Shown here: positions 16,285-29,872 of the stretch, one piece after another | Layout: the number at the start of each line of letters is the position of its first letter | How positions within the stretch are numbered: the stretch's first letter is position 1 | DNA from: the human T2T-CHM13v2.0 reference genome, Homo sapiens | Assembly (NCBI RefSeq): GCF_009914755.1 | Contig: NC_060937.1 | DNA length: 64,000 bases | Direction: 5' to 3' (one strand) | Notes under the pieces: model-generated | Database searches by the model: none | The model's input: only the letters and a program-made list of their open reading frames with translations | What the model was told of the DNA's origin: nothing | Program-made: the position numbers and the translations under genes

Positions 16285-16875
16285 ACACATATATATTCTT
16301 AATATAGTGTATGAATATACTACATATAGTATATTCTCATATTTGTATATATTTCTATAGTATATTTCTTTTAAATCAATTTTTAGTATTGATTTATTTT
16401 TTAACTCATATTGTGCATTAAATACATATTTTAAGCATTAATATAAGAATACAATATTTTCTTGCAGTTATTTTTCATTTTCTGTGTTTTTAAATTAAAA
16501 TTCCATTTTAATTTAATTCTATTCTTTAAATTCCTATTTCCTGCCTGTCTATGAATGACTTTCTGAATTGCCTTTCCTACAAGTATCAACTACTCACCCT
16601 TCATTGTCAATAAAGTACTAATCTTATTCCCCTTATTGTTTGCTTTATTAAACTCTCTGTCACCCACAATATGCAAAGATATTTGAAACAGACTGTATGC
16701 TATTTTGTTGTGTTTTCAACAGATGTCTACTTAATTGGAACTTCTCCTAACCAGGCCAACTATGTTAGTTTCCTAGAAACATAGAAAGATTACAACCATA
16801 CATTTTCTCTGTTTGAAGTCATAGCTTCAAAATATCTATATAAACTGTCTGCCAATTACATTGCATATTGCATGC

Positions 16876-16913
<38 letters not shown>

Positions 16914-17471
16914 GTAATCTCTTTTAATAAAAGCAAAACTCTTTATTGCTTTGTTGGTGGGTCCTCCTCACATTCATATAAGGGAAAAATGGTGCAGCTT
17001 TGGAGGAGAATCATGAAAATGCCAAAAGTGGAAAAAACAGGAAATACTCAAATTACTATATGATAATATAGGAACAAGAGATCAAGATTAATATATATGA
17101 TTTTTCTAACATGCATGACTTTGGGAGTTTAAAAAAGTAAATAAAGGAGCTCATATTTTTCATGCCATAACTTGGGAGTAGATTCATGATCATCAAAATT
17201 TTAAACAATGTTTTCTCACATATTTGTACAGAAACATAATTTCTTGGGTTTTGATAATGTGTTATAGTAGAAATATGATTTAATAAAATTTAATAAATTT
17301 ATATATATACAAATGAAAAAATGAAGTTTGTGATTTTAGCATCTATGTTTATATTCCCAGCCCAGACTTCTCCATGGAATTCGTGATTTGTGTTTTCAGT
17401 TGCCCCCTTGTTATCACTGCATGGATATCATTCTTCTGCTCGAAGCCCTCTAATGGCTTTCCAGTTCACTC

Positions 17472-17826
17472 TGGTATGGACTGAATGTTTGTGTCCTTTA
17501 CTCCAATTCATATGTTGAAACCTTACTCCTCAATGTGATGTTGTTAGAGGGTGAGGTAATTAGGATTAGATGATGTCATGAAAGCAGAGCCCTCAAGAAT
17601 GGCATTAGTGTCTTCCTAAGAGTCCCAAGAAAGCTTGCTTATCTCTCTGCTCCATCATGTGAGGGTATAACTAAACGTTAGCAGTCTTCAACCCATAAGA
17701 AGGTCGTCATCAAAACTTGTCCATGAACTTATCATCTCCAGAGCTGTGAGAAATAAATTTTTGGTGTTTGTAAACCACCGAGTCTATAGTATTTTATTGT
17801 AGCAGTCCAACTGAGGAACCAAGACA
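17472..17826 (+). mobile_element. MaLR LTR MLT1A-like
   Basis: TATGGACTGAATGTTTGTGTCC..ATTCATATGTTGAAACC start and CCAGAGCTGTGAGAAATAAATT..GTATTTTATTGTAGCAG end. Confidence 0.85.
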
Positions 17827-17869
17827 TATTGTAAGTGAAAGCATGAAGTGTTACCAAAACCACATTGTG

Positions 17870-18430
17870 TGTGGGTTCTGTATTCAAAAGTAATCAACCC
17901 TGTATATCTGTGCTTTGCAATGTGACTTTTCAGTTTCTCTCTTTAAGGCAGAACTCATTTCTTAACCTCTTGCATCTAGATTGGTCTTGTGATCTCTTTT
18001 AGCCTAATGGAATATATCTGAAGTAATGGTGTAATGCTGTTTAGCCTACAACTCAAGATGCCTTTCTCACCACTATTATCTTTCTTGGGCACCTGCCTTC
18101 TCCATGAGAAGAAACTGACTTGGCCTTATGGAAAATAAGAGATCATTTGGAGTTGAACCCATTAACCCCAGCCAAGGACATACTAGACTAGCCTACACCC
18201 AGGGAAACCCAAAATCTGTGAAAAATATATAAAAACAAATTTAATAAAGTTGCTTGCCTGATTTACAGCCAAATGCAGACACGAGTGAGTCTAGACAAAA
18301 TCTAAGTATATACAGAAGACCCGGAGACACATGAACTATATACATGTTTTTTGTTTCATATAAAGCTCACAACTGGGTTTTGTTTTGTTTTGCTTTTTGT
18401 TCACTGCTGTTTTCGAGATCAATTGCACAA
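17870..18430 (+). mobile_element. Old MaLR LTR (MLT1F/G/H-like)
   Basis: TTTGCAATGTGACTTT, CTCTTGCATCTAGATTGGTCTTGTGA and CCATGAGAAGAA motifs. Boundaries are approximate. Confidence 0.6.
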
Positions 18431-18439
18431 CAAAATGAC

Positions 18440-18650
18440 TACAGTTAATACGAATATATTATCTATTTCAAACTTGATGAGAGTTAATTTCAAATGTCTC
18501 ACTACAAAAAAAAAATGATTGGTGAAGTGATGGATACGTTAATTAGCTTAATTTAATCAGTCCACATTGTATACATACATCACAACACCAAACAGTAACC
18601 CACAAATATATACAATTGTTATTTGTCAATTAAAGTAATATTTCTAAAAA
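18440..18650 (+). mobile_element. L1MA 3' terminal fragment
   Basis: GTGATGGATACGTTAATTAGCTT..CCACATTGTATACATACATCA..ATATATACAATT..TTGTCAATTAAA. Confidence 0.8.
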
Positions 18651-18929
18651 GGAAGATGTCTGACATGTAAATACTCAAAATAATTAAATGGAATAGTTTT
18701 TAAATTCTAATTGCTATATTTTTTCAATAGAATATGTGGCTTTCAAATTGTTACTATTACTTTTTATAATGAATTCTTTTTCTGAACATAGTTTGAATAC
18801 TCATTTTACTCATTTTCAGGAAAAAAAACAGGTGCTGAGTATAAATTGTAGAACCATTAATGCACATCAGAATGGTAAAATGTTAAAAATTGTTAATATA
18901 ATTTTTATGAGAAAATAAGATTCAGAATT

Positions 18930-19300
18930 TTCATTGGTTGCTGGAATGTGTATGTTCTGATGAATACATTCTGGAGATCAGAATGGTAGTGATAAGTTAA
19001 ATTAAATATATTTGTTTTACATCCCAGCAATCTTCTCCTAGGTAAATATCCCAGATGAATTCTTAAAGTGTCTAAAGAAACATTTACTAAAATGTTAACC
19101 ATAGCTTTATTTGTTAAATGTGTGATTGCAGAGGCAATGAAGTAATTCACCAAAAGTAGAATGAAAAAATAGCATTTAGTAGATGTACACTCCTGAATAT
19201 TATGGGAATCTGCAGCATCATTGCAGATGTACCATTGAATGACAGGAGAAAATCTTAAAATCATGCTTCGAAAAATAGAATACAATCTATATCACGTCGC
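18930..19300 (+). mobile_element. Highly diverged L1ME-type 3' fragment
   Basis: ATCCCAGCAATCTTCTCCTAGGTAAATATCCCAGA and AAATGTTAACCATAGCTTTATTTGT resemble the L1 ORF2 end and 3'UTR. Confidence 0.55.
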
Positions 19301-20050
19301 CATTTTATTTCATAAATTAAAATATATAACCATAGAATTTACACTTTTTTTACAATAATGCACACAAGTAAAAAGATTTCCATCAAATATGTTAAGATAA
19401 TTTCTTAGGGTGCAATAGAAAAATGGAAGCAGTGAACAGGAATAAAGTAGAGTAAATGTGGATAAATGAAATGTTAGGAGTTTGTGCAGACCAGTGTTAA
19501 CATGCCGTATACTGCCTATGATTGAGTGTCTGAATCTGAGGTCTAAAACTGTGTAAAAAATAATAAAAGATAACAAGGTGGATGGGAAGTTAAACAATGT
19601 CAGTTCTGCGAATTACAGGATTTTTTTGTAGGAGAAATAACACAAAAAAATTGCTATATGATTTTTACAATATGTCTTGAGATTTGAGGTAGAAGAAGGC
19701 TGACTTGTTCCTGTTTTACAAGAGGAATTTATTGTGTTCATTTGTCATTGTAAATTTACATAGTCATACATTATTCATATTAGCAATTTATCTTTTAAGT
19801 ATGTAGGTGAATCTGGGAAAACTGATTGAATATTTGTGGGGAAATCTTTAGAACTACTTGAGAAAAGCATAGGACTCAAAAACCCTCAAATATTTCAGAA
19901 GTTTTTATTTGATTATCTATGGTTGGTATTAAATTTCAAGGATTGCTCTCTGTCTAATTTAACATAGAATGGATGTTCCTGGGCTGATTTGTGTTCCATG
20001 ATTACACTTATTATAGTTAATCTGATGATATTTTCTATTGAAAAATTATA

Positions 20051-20360
20051 TAGTTGGCTCTCTGTAACCTCAGGTTTTGCATATGCGAATTCAGCCAACC
20101 ATAGATGAAAAGTATTTGAAAAAAATTTAAAAATACAAATAAAAAAGTACTGTATAACAAATATTTATGTAGGATTTACATTGTATTAAATATTATAAGT
20201 ATTCTAAAGATGATTTAAAGTACATGAGAGGATGCACATAAGCTAGATGCAAATACCACAGCAATTTCTGTAAAGAACTTGAGTATCCATAGTTCTTGGT
20301 AGAAAGGTGCCCTGAAACTAATCCCCACCCCCACCCCCGCAAATATTAAGATATGACTGT
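20051..20360 (+). mobile_element. Tigger-derived MITE (MER2/Tigger3a-like)
   Basis: ATTTACATTGTATTAAATATTATAAGTATTCTAAAGATGATTTAAAGTAC core, with degenerate CAGTTGGC-like ends. Confidence 0.85.
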
Positions 20361-21331
20361 GATTTAAGATGTTTAATTTATTCCATATATACTTCCAGTT
20401 TTCACCATGCTATTGACTTTTTTCTTTCCATGCTCATCACCAATAACCATTTTGTCAATATCCAAGAGATTTTCTCTGATTGTCTTGTTGATCTACCTGG
20501 TTGCTTTCCACATAGTTGATTCTCTATTCTTTTTGGAAACAGTTCCTGATTTTACTTTTCAGTTGTTAGATGATCCTTCTAATTTTGTTTTTGTGCTCTC
20601 TTTTCTAATGGATCTCCCCATATTCCTAGTGTTGGAGTGTTCAGAATTTAGTTGTGGGCGTTCTCCCAGTATATTATTGATATTGACATCTCCATTTAGC
20701 TTTTGCTTAAAAATTTCGAAGTTCAAATAAAACATTTGATTGCTATCTCTACCACTCATATCTGTTACTAGTCTTCTCCATCCTAGTTAAAGTTTTTAGC
20801 ATTGGCCAGGTGTCACAGTCCAGTAATACTGTTTAATTTTTCATGTCCTGTAGCTTGCATGTCAACAAATATTGATATTAGTGGTCCCAAATCATATCTC
20901 AAATGCATTCATTTATCTTCATTTTTTCTGTTACCATATTCTACATCATTATTATCTCTAGTCTGAACTATTATGGTCTCCTAAGTTGTCTCACAGCCTC
21001 CTCTTTCTCCTCTCCTCCAATTCATCCACTTAATGTGGATTACTTCTATCTTAACACAGTTAGCGACTTTCCCATTGCTCTTCACTGCCACCAGTAAGCT
21101 GTGCCTACTCTGGGCCCTTGGCTCTATTTCAACCCATTCTATCTCATTTTGTTATTCCCCAGGTACACTGGCTTCGTTCTTCTCAAATGTGTTTTCTTGT
21201 CCTAAAGATTTTATAGTCTGCATAGATGGGTTTGCTCTGACTTCCCATATGAATGGCTTCTTTTCTTCCTTTTAATCTCAAGTCATATATGATGGATTCA
21301 TGAGATAGCTATAGATCTATTTTTATCATTC

Positions 21332-21551
21332 TTTTTTTTTTTTAAGGAGTCTCACTCTGTTGCCCAGGCTGGAGTGCAGTGGCCAGATGTCGGCTCACTA
21401 AAACCTCTACCTCCTGGGCTCAAGTGATTCTCGTGCCTCAGTCTCCCAAGTAGCTGGGACTATAGGTGTGCATCACCATGCCTGGGTAATTTTTTTATAT
21501 TTTTAGTAGATATGGGGTTTCACCATGTTGGCCAGGATGGTCTCAGACTCC
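21332..21551 (-). mobile_element. 5'-truncated Alu (S/J-like)
   Basis: T tail, full right arm and linker; the left arm stops at GGTCTCAGACTCC. No TSD seen. Confidence 0.92.
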
Positions 21552-21639
21552 AAATTTTCGCTCTTTAATGTAGCTCCTGCGTTCACTCTCGGTTCTCTTT
21601 AAACATCCCTTTCCGAAGTTGTATTAGTGCATTTATGTA

Positions 21640-21771
21640 CTTGTGTATTGTTTATTTTCACTCCCATAATAACAGGGCTGCTGTCATTTCTATTCATTGC
21701 TCTTATATGTAGTGTCTAAAAATGAGAATGACACATAGCAGACTTTTAATTCACACTAACAAAATGAATGA
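21640..21771 (+). mobile_element. L2 3' end (upstream ~20400-21280 probably also L2)
   Basis: TATTCATTGCT..TAGTGTCTAAAAA..GACACATAGCAGAC..AATGAATGA. Confidence 0.55.
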
Positions 21772-22079
21772 TAAGTGTTTTTTTCTCTGTAAATAGTACA
21801 AACTATTGAACTTCTTCTGTAGTGAAGAAAACCAGTTGTTTTTAATAACTATTGTGGATAATCTCATTTTATGCTATTATTAATCTATTGTAGATATCTA
21901 CTGTAGATAATCTCATTTGAATTTACACATATTAAAATTAGTTTTTTAAAATAAGTATAAATTGTTAATTCTAATTTTTAATATTTAATTCAAATGATTG
22001 ATATCTATCTCTACTTGTATATTATAAAGTTATTAGGCACAAAAAATAACCTTTACTAATTTTTTATTCTTATATCTGG

Positions 22080-22595
22080 TAACTATTTCACATATCTGCT
22101 CTTGTGTGATAAAACGCTTCAAAGTGAAGGACTTAAAACAATAATCTATTGTTAGCATATCCATGACTGTGGATTAGCGAGGTACATTAGTTTTTACCTC
22201 TCTCTCTCTGCCATACTGTCTTGCGTCTCAGTCGGCATAAACCAAATGGCCTTAACAATTTGATTGTTAAATCCATCTAGAATAATTGGAGACTATCTGA
22301 GGCTTTCATTTTCGTTCTCTTCCTTGTAAGACCAATTCACGTGAGTGGTTGGACTTCCTCACAGTATGGTGGCCTCAGAATAGTTGTAAATCTTACTCTG
22401 TGGCTCAGGGCTGATTCAAGATGAAGTAAGAAGGAATACATCCACTTAATTCTTGACATAAAATTGGTATAATATGGTTGGTGGCACGCTTTGTTGTTCA
22501 AAGCAATCTCAGACTAGCCCACATCCAGGGGAGGGGCATAAAATCTACCTCTCAATGTGATGAGGACCGAAGAATTTGTGACCATCTTTATTTAG
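22080..22595 (-). mobile_element. Old MaLR LTR (MLT1H/I-like)
   Basis: GACTTAAAACAATAA, GGACTTCCTCACAGTATGGTGGCCTCAG, TCAAAGCAATCTCAGACTAGCCCA and AAGAATTTGTGACCATCTTTA. Confidence 0.7.
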
Positions 22596-24407
22596 CTGTA
22601 TCCAATACATAGCAGTCTTATTATAAGCAGATTATTTCACACTATGGTTAGATTTTGTGATACTCAGCTTATTTTAAAATACTTAATTGTTCAAATTTGC
22701 TAATCACGTACAATATTATCTGACAAGTATATATTTTATTAAAATAGTTTGAGAATTTGAGAAATTTTAAATTTCTTTTGACACTAATAATCTATGAGTA
22801 TGTGATTTGCTTACTAAAATGTTTCCTTTTAACAGACTTTATCTCTTAGATCAGTTTTAGGTTCTCAGTAAAATTGAGCATAGGTATGCAATTGTCTGTG
22901 TACCCCCTGCCACCACAGATACATAGCATCCCTCATTATCAACAGTCCTCAGTGGTGTGGTATGTTTTATTACAATTGATAAACCTAAATTGACTCATCA
23001 TTATAATTGACTCATCATAATAAGTCTGTAGTTTATGTTATGATTCACTCTTGAGGTTGTGTGTTGTGCATTCTCTCGGTTTTGGCCAATTAGTAATGAT
23101 GTGTATTCACCATTATAGTGTCATGCATAATAGTTTCACTGTCCTAAATATCCTCTGTGCTCTGCCTGTTCATTTGTCCCTTACCTCTTCTCCCTGGTAA
23201 CCACTGATCTTCTCACCCTCTCCATAGTTTTGCCTTTTCCACTATGGCATATATTTGGAATATACAGGGTGTAGCCTTTTCAGACATTTTTTTAAGCTTA
23301 GAAGTATTTATTTAAGAACACTCCATGTCTTTTCATGGTTGACAGATCACTTCATTTTAGCATTAAACAATATCCCATTGGTTGGATGTACCACAGTTTA
23401 TTTATCTATTCACCTACTGAAGGGAAACTTGGTTGCTGCCAAGTTTTGGCAATTATGAGTAAGGCTGCTATAAACATCCATGTGAACGTCTTTGTGTGGA
23501 CATAAGCTTTCATTTCCTTTGGGTAAATTCCAAGAAGTATGATTGCTGGGTCACAATAGAAGAATATGTTTAGTTTTATAAGAAACTCTCAAACTGTCTT
23601 CCAGAATGGTTGCACCATTGTGGATTTGTACCAGCAATGAATGAGAGTTTCTGTTGCACTACATTCTCACCCTTCTGAATTGTGGTGGTGTCACTGTTCT
23701 GAATTTTGGCCATTCTTATAGGTATATACTTGTATTTTATTATTGTTTTAATTTTCATTTTCCTTATTACAGATGATGGGGAACACCTTTTTGTAAGTAT
23801 GTTTTTTATCTGCAAATATTTGGTGAGATGTCTGTTAAGTTCTTTAGCTCACATTTTAAATGGATTATTTTCTTATTGTTGAGTCTTAAGAGTTCTTTGT
23901 ATATTTTTGGTAAGTCCTCTAGCAGATGTTATTTTTGGACATGTGGCTTGTCTTCTCATTGCTTTGCATTAACTACACAGAGCAGAAGTTTTTAATTTTA
24001 ATAAAGTCCAGCTTATTAATTAATTTTATGATGGATTGTACCTTTGTTGTTATATCTAAAAACTCATAACTATACTGGAAATCATCTAGGTTTTTTCCTA
24101 TGTTATCTTCTAGGAATTTACTAATTTTGTGATTTATATTTATAGCAATGACCCATTTTGAGATAATTTGTATGAGATGTGTAATATCTGTGTTTATATT
24201 CATGTTTTTGCATGTAAATGTTTATTTGTTTTAGTATCTTTTTTTGAAAATACTTTGATCCATTGTATTGCCTTTGTTCCTTAGTCTAAGATTGGTTAAC
24301 ATTATCTATGTGGGTGTATTTCTGGGTTCTCTGTTCTATTCCATTGGATCTATCTGTCTGTTTTTTTTGTCATCAGTATCACATTGTATTGATTACTATT
24401 GCTTTAA

Positions 24408-24747
<340 letters not shown>

Positions 24748-26034
24748 TATTTTAAGTTTTGAATTTGAGTAGTGTCAATCTTCCTACCTTGTTTTTCTTC
24801 TCAATATTGTGTCTAGTATTTTGGGCCTTTTGCTTCTACACATATATTTTAGAATCAGTCTGTCAATATCCACTAAATTACTTGTAAATTTATTGAGATC
24901 AATTTTAATCTATAGATCAAATTTTGAAGGACTTACATATAGACAATATTAAGTCTTCCTATCCATAAACTTAAAATAACTATATTTATTTAGTTCTTTT
25001 TGACTTCTTTCATCTGACTTTTGTAGCTTTTCTCCTGTAGATATTATACATGTTTTGTTTGGTGGACTTACAAGTATTTCATACTTGGGGTGCTAATTGA
25101 AATAGTATTATGTTTTGAATTTAAAATTCTACTTGTTCATTGGTGGCATATAGGAAAGAAATTAAGGTTTTTATATTAACCTTATATACTGCAACCTTGT
25201 ATGTTTGCCAAGTAGTTCCAAGAGGATTTTTGTTGTTGTTGATTTATTTGGATTTTGCACATAGATACGGTGTCATCTGTGAACAGAGGGGGTTTTATTT
25301 CTTCCTTACCAATCTGTATACATTCTATGTTCTTTTTCTATCTTACTGCATTGACTAGTACTTCCAACACAATGTTGAAAAGGAGTGGTTAGATGGAACA
25401 TTTTTGTTTCTTTCCTAATATTAATGAGAAAGCTAATAGTTTCTTACCATTAAGTGTGATGCTAGCTGAGCTGTAATTTATTTTGTAGGTATTCTTTACC
25501 AAGTTGAGGAAGCTTCCCTCTATTTCTAGTTTACTGAGACTTTTTATCATGAATGGCTGTTGGGTTTTGCCAAGTGCTTTTTTTGCATCTATTGATAAGA
25601 TCATGTTATTTTCTACAATGTTATTTTATTACTGATTTGATAGATTACATTAGTTGATTTTTAAATATTGAACCAGGCTTGCATACCTGAAATAAATTTC
25701 ACTTAATCAAAATATATAATTATTTTTGTGCATTGATGGATTTAATTTGCTAATATTTTGTTGGTGATTTTTGCATCTGTACTCATGAGAAATATTATTC
25801 TGTAATTTTCTTGTAATACCTTTTTCTGGTTTTGGTATTATAGTAATGCTAGTTGCATCAAATGACTTAGAAAGTATTCCCTCTGAATCTATCTTTTGAT
25901 AGAGATTGTAGATAATGGCATGCATATATATCTATATCTATATCTATATATGTATGATAGTAAGGAAGAAATATAACTGTCTGTTCACAAATAACTTAGT
26001 CCTCTGTATGGAAAATCCAAGATATCTATTTAAA

Positions 26035-26139
26035 GATAGATAGATAGATGATAGATAGATAGATGATAGATAGATAGATAGATAGATAGAGATAGAGATA
26101 TATAGATATATATAGATATAGATATTGATATAGATATAT
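26035..26139. repeat. Interrupted (GATA)n STR grading into (GATATA)n
   Basis: Directly visible, with GAT interruptions. Confidence 0.95.
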
Positions 26140-28039
26140 CTTAAATTCTTGGTAGAATTCATCAGTAAACTCCTCTACATCTGGTGCTTTATGTTTTGTA
26201 AAGTTATTAATTATTGATTCCATTTATTTTATAGATACAGGTCTATTCATATTGTCTATTTATTCTTAAATGAGTTTTGACAGTCTTCATTTCATCAAGG
26301 TTACCAGATTTGCAGTAATAGAGTTCACTGTATTCTATTATTATTACTTTAATGTCCATGGGATCTTTAGTAACGTCCTCTTTTTATTTCCGATTGAGTA
26401 ATTTGTGTCCTCTCTTTTTTTTCCTTCTAGAGATGCATCAATTTTACTGACTTTTTCAAAGATCCAACTTTTGTTTTTGTTGATCTTCCTATTGATTTTC
26501 TGTTTTTAATTTTATTAATTCCTGCTCTAATTTTTGTAATTTTTTCTTCTACTCACATTAAATTTAATTTGGTCTTCTTTTTCTCATTTCTGAAGAAGGA
26601 AGGAGAGATCATTCATGTCAGATCTTTACTCTCTTCTAACATACGCTTTCAGTATAAAATTACCCTCTAAGCACTGCTTTCACTTCATCCTACAAATTTT
26701 TGATAAGTTGTGTTTTTATTGCTATTTAGGTCAAATTATTAATATTTTCAAATTCTCTTGAGATTTCAGCCTTGACTTATGTGTTGTTTAGAAGTACTTT
26801 GTTTAATCTGTATGTATTTTGTGATTTTCCAGCTATTTTTCTGTTTTAATTTCTAGTTCAATTGCATTGTGAACTGAGGGCAAAAATTGTAAGATTTCTA
26901 TTTTTAAAAATTTTATTAAGGTTTTTTAAAGGCCTGAAATATGGTTTATCTTGGTAAATGTTCCATGTGAGCTTGAGAAGGATGTATGTTATGCTGTTGT
27001 TGCCTAAAATATTTATATATGTCGATTATATCTATTTAATTATGTTGTTGTTTTGAAGTATATTTTTACAGACTTATTTCCTGCTGGATCTGTTCAAAGA
27101 TAGAAAGATATTAAAGTCTCCAATTATAATATTGGATTCATCTATTTTTTCTGGCAGTTCTAATCACTTTTTGCGTAATATATTTTGATGGTCTATTGTT
27201 AGACAATACACCTTAAGGATTGTTATGTGTTCAGGAAGAACTGACTCCTTTATCATTATTTTGACCTTCTTTATGTCTGATAACATTCCTTGCTTTGAAA
27301 TTACTCTGTCTGAAGTTAATATTACTAATCTCACTTTCTTTTGCTTAGTGTTAGCACGGTATATATTTCTTCATTAATTTATCTTTAACCTATTGGTGTC
27401 TTTATCTTTGAAGTGTTTCCTGTAGACAACATAGAGTTAGTTGAATCTGCTTTTTTTTGATCCAGTCTTAAAAATATCTATTTTTTAAGTAGTGCATTTA
27501 GACCATTGATATTTAAAGATATAGGTGGAATAATATCTAACAATTTTTTTTACTGTTTTCCATTTGTTTTTATTGTTCTTTTTTCCTTTTTGGTCTTCCA
27601 CTCTTTGTCTGCCTTTTGTGGTTTAAAGTGACCATTTTATAACATTCCATTTTCTCTTCTTTTTTAATATATTAATTGTCTTCATTTCTTACTCAATTTT
27701 TTAGTGGTTGCCCTAGAATTTTTAATATACATCTATAAATAATTCAATGCACTCTCAGATAACACTATATCACTTCACATGTACTGCCAGTAATACTACA
27801 AATAACAAAGTAACAAAATAACCAAATGTTTATAATTTCTCTCTTCTGTCACCTGTATCATTGTTGATATTTTTATTTCACTGATACAAAAGCACAAACA
27901 CACTCAGACACACACACACACACACACACACGCAGATAATTAATGCCATTGCTGAAAAAAAATCCAGGAAGCTCAGAGAACTTCAGGTATATACATATAT
28001 ATAATGTTATACATTTTAAAACATGTATGTAGGTACATA

Positions 28040-28481
28040 AAGTTGATTCATGAACAATAGGGTTTGAGTGACACTGACCCTCCATACAGTAGAATATTTG
28101 TAAATAACTTTTGACTGTTAAAATTTAACTACAAATTGTCTACTGTTGATTGGAATCCTTGCCAAAAACAAAAACCATGAATTAACATGTATTTTTGTGT
28201 GTTTTATGTATTATATGTTGTATTCTTACAACAAATTAAGGTAGACCAAAGGAAATGTTATTTAAAAATGTATAAGGATGATAAAATATATTTACTATTC
28301 ATTAAATGGAAGTGGATTATCATAAAGGTCTTCATCCTTATTGTTTTCACACTGACGAGGCTTAGGGAGAAGAGGAAGAGAAGAGATTGTTCTTACTGTT
28401 TTACAGGTGGCAGAAGTGGAAGAAAATATGCATATAAATTGACCTGTGTTGTTCAGACTGATGCTGCATAAGATTAAACTA
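28040..28481. mobile_element. Tigger2a (MER28) DNA transposon inside L1MC
   Basis: AGTTGA..TGAACAA terminus, TTACTATTCATTAAATGGAAGTGGATTATCATAAAGGTCTTCATCC core, TA flanks. Confidence 0.9.
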
Positions 28482-28726
28482 TATACGCATATATATTTGA
28501 ATGCATTGAGAACACTGAGCATATATATGTGTATATATGGATACATAATGAAACACATTCATTGCTTCTATTTTTTTAGAAAACTATCTGTTAGACCAAT
28601 TAAGAATAAGGAAAACAAAAACTTTTATTTTATATTTAATCATTCCTTTTCAGGTGCTCTTTTATAAATGTTGATCTGAATTTTGGACACATTTTTTTTT
28701 CCTTCTCTCTAAGTACTTTCTTTTAA

Positions 28727-29053
<327 letters not shown>

Positions 29054-29514
29054 AACAAATACTTTCAATTTTTGTTTGTCTTAGAAAGTCTTTATTTCTC
29101 CTTCAGTTTTGAAGAATAATTTCATAAAGTACTGAAATCTAGATTGGTGGATTTCTCTTGTTGTTGTTGCTGTTGTTGTTGTTCTCTGTTTCTCAATACT
29201 TTAAACATTCCACTTCACTGTTATCTTTCTTGTAATGTTTTTGTGTTTAATTTTTATCGTTACTTCTCTATAGGTATTTTTTTCTCCTGTAGCTTCTTTC
29301 AGGATTTTTGCTTCATCTTTCATTTTTTGTAATATCAAATTGATATGTTTATTTGTAGTTTTCTGGCATTTATCTAGCATGGTGTTCTTGGAGCTCACTG
29401 GATCTATCATTTGATATCTGGCATTAATTTTGGAAAATTCTCAGTAATTTTATTGCTTCAAATATTTCACCTGTTTTTTTTTTCATTTTCCTTCTCCTTT
29501 TGGCATTCTAAATA

Positions 29515-29872
29515 CAGGTGCTCCTTGGTTTTTAATAAAGTTATATCCCAATAATCCAATCTTAAGTTGAAAATATTGTAACTGAAAGGTATTTAATACA
29601 CATAGCCCACAAAACATTATGGCTTAGCTTAAAATATACATGCTCAGAACACTTACATTAGTCTAGAGGTAGTCAAAAATCATCTAATACAAGGCATATT
29701 TTATAATAAAGTGTTGAGTATCTCATGTAACATATTGACTATTGTGCTGAAAGTAAAAACAGAGTGGGTGTATGGGTACTCAAAGCAAGAATTCCACTGA
29801 ATGTGTATCGTATTTCCATCTTTGTAGTAAGAAAAATCACCACTCGAACAATTGTAAGTAGCAGATCATCTG
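29515..29872. mobile_element. MER47A-like Tigger MITE inside L1MC
   Basis: CAGGTGCTCC..CATCTG ends, with TGCTCAGAACACTTACATTAG and TTTTATAATAAAGTGTTGA core. Confidence 0.88.
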
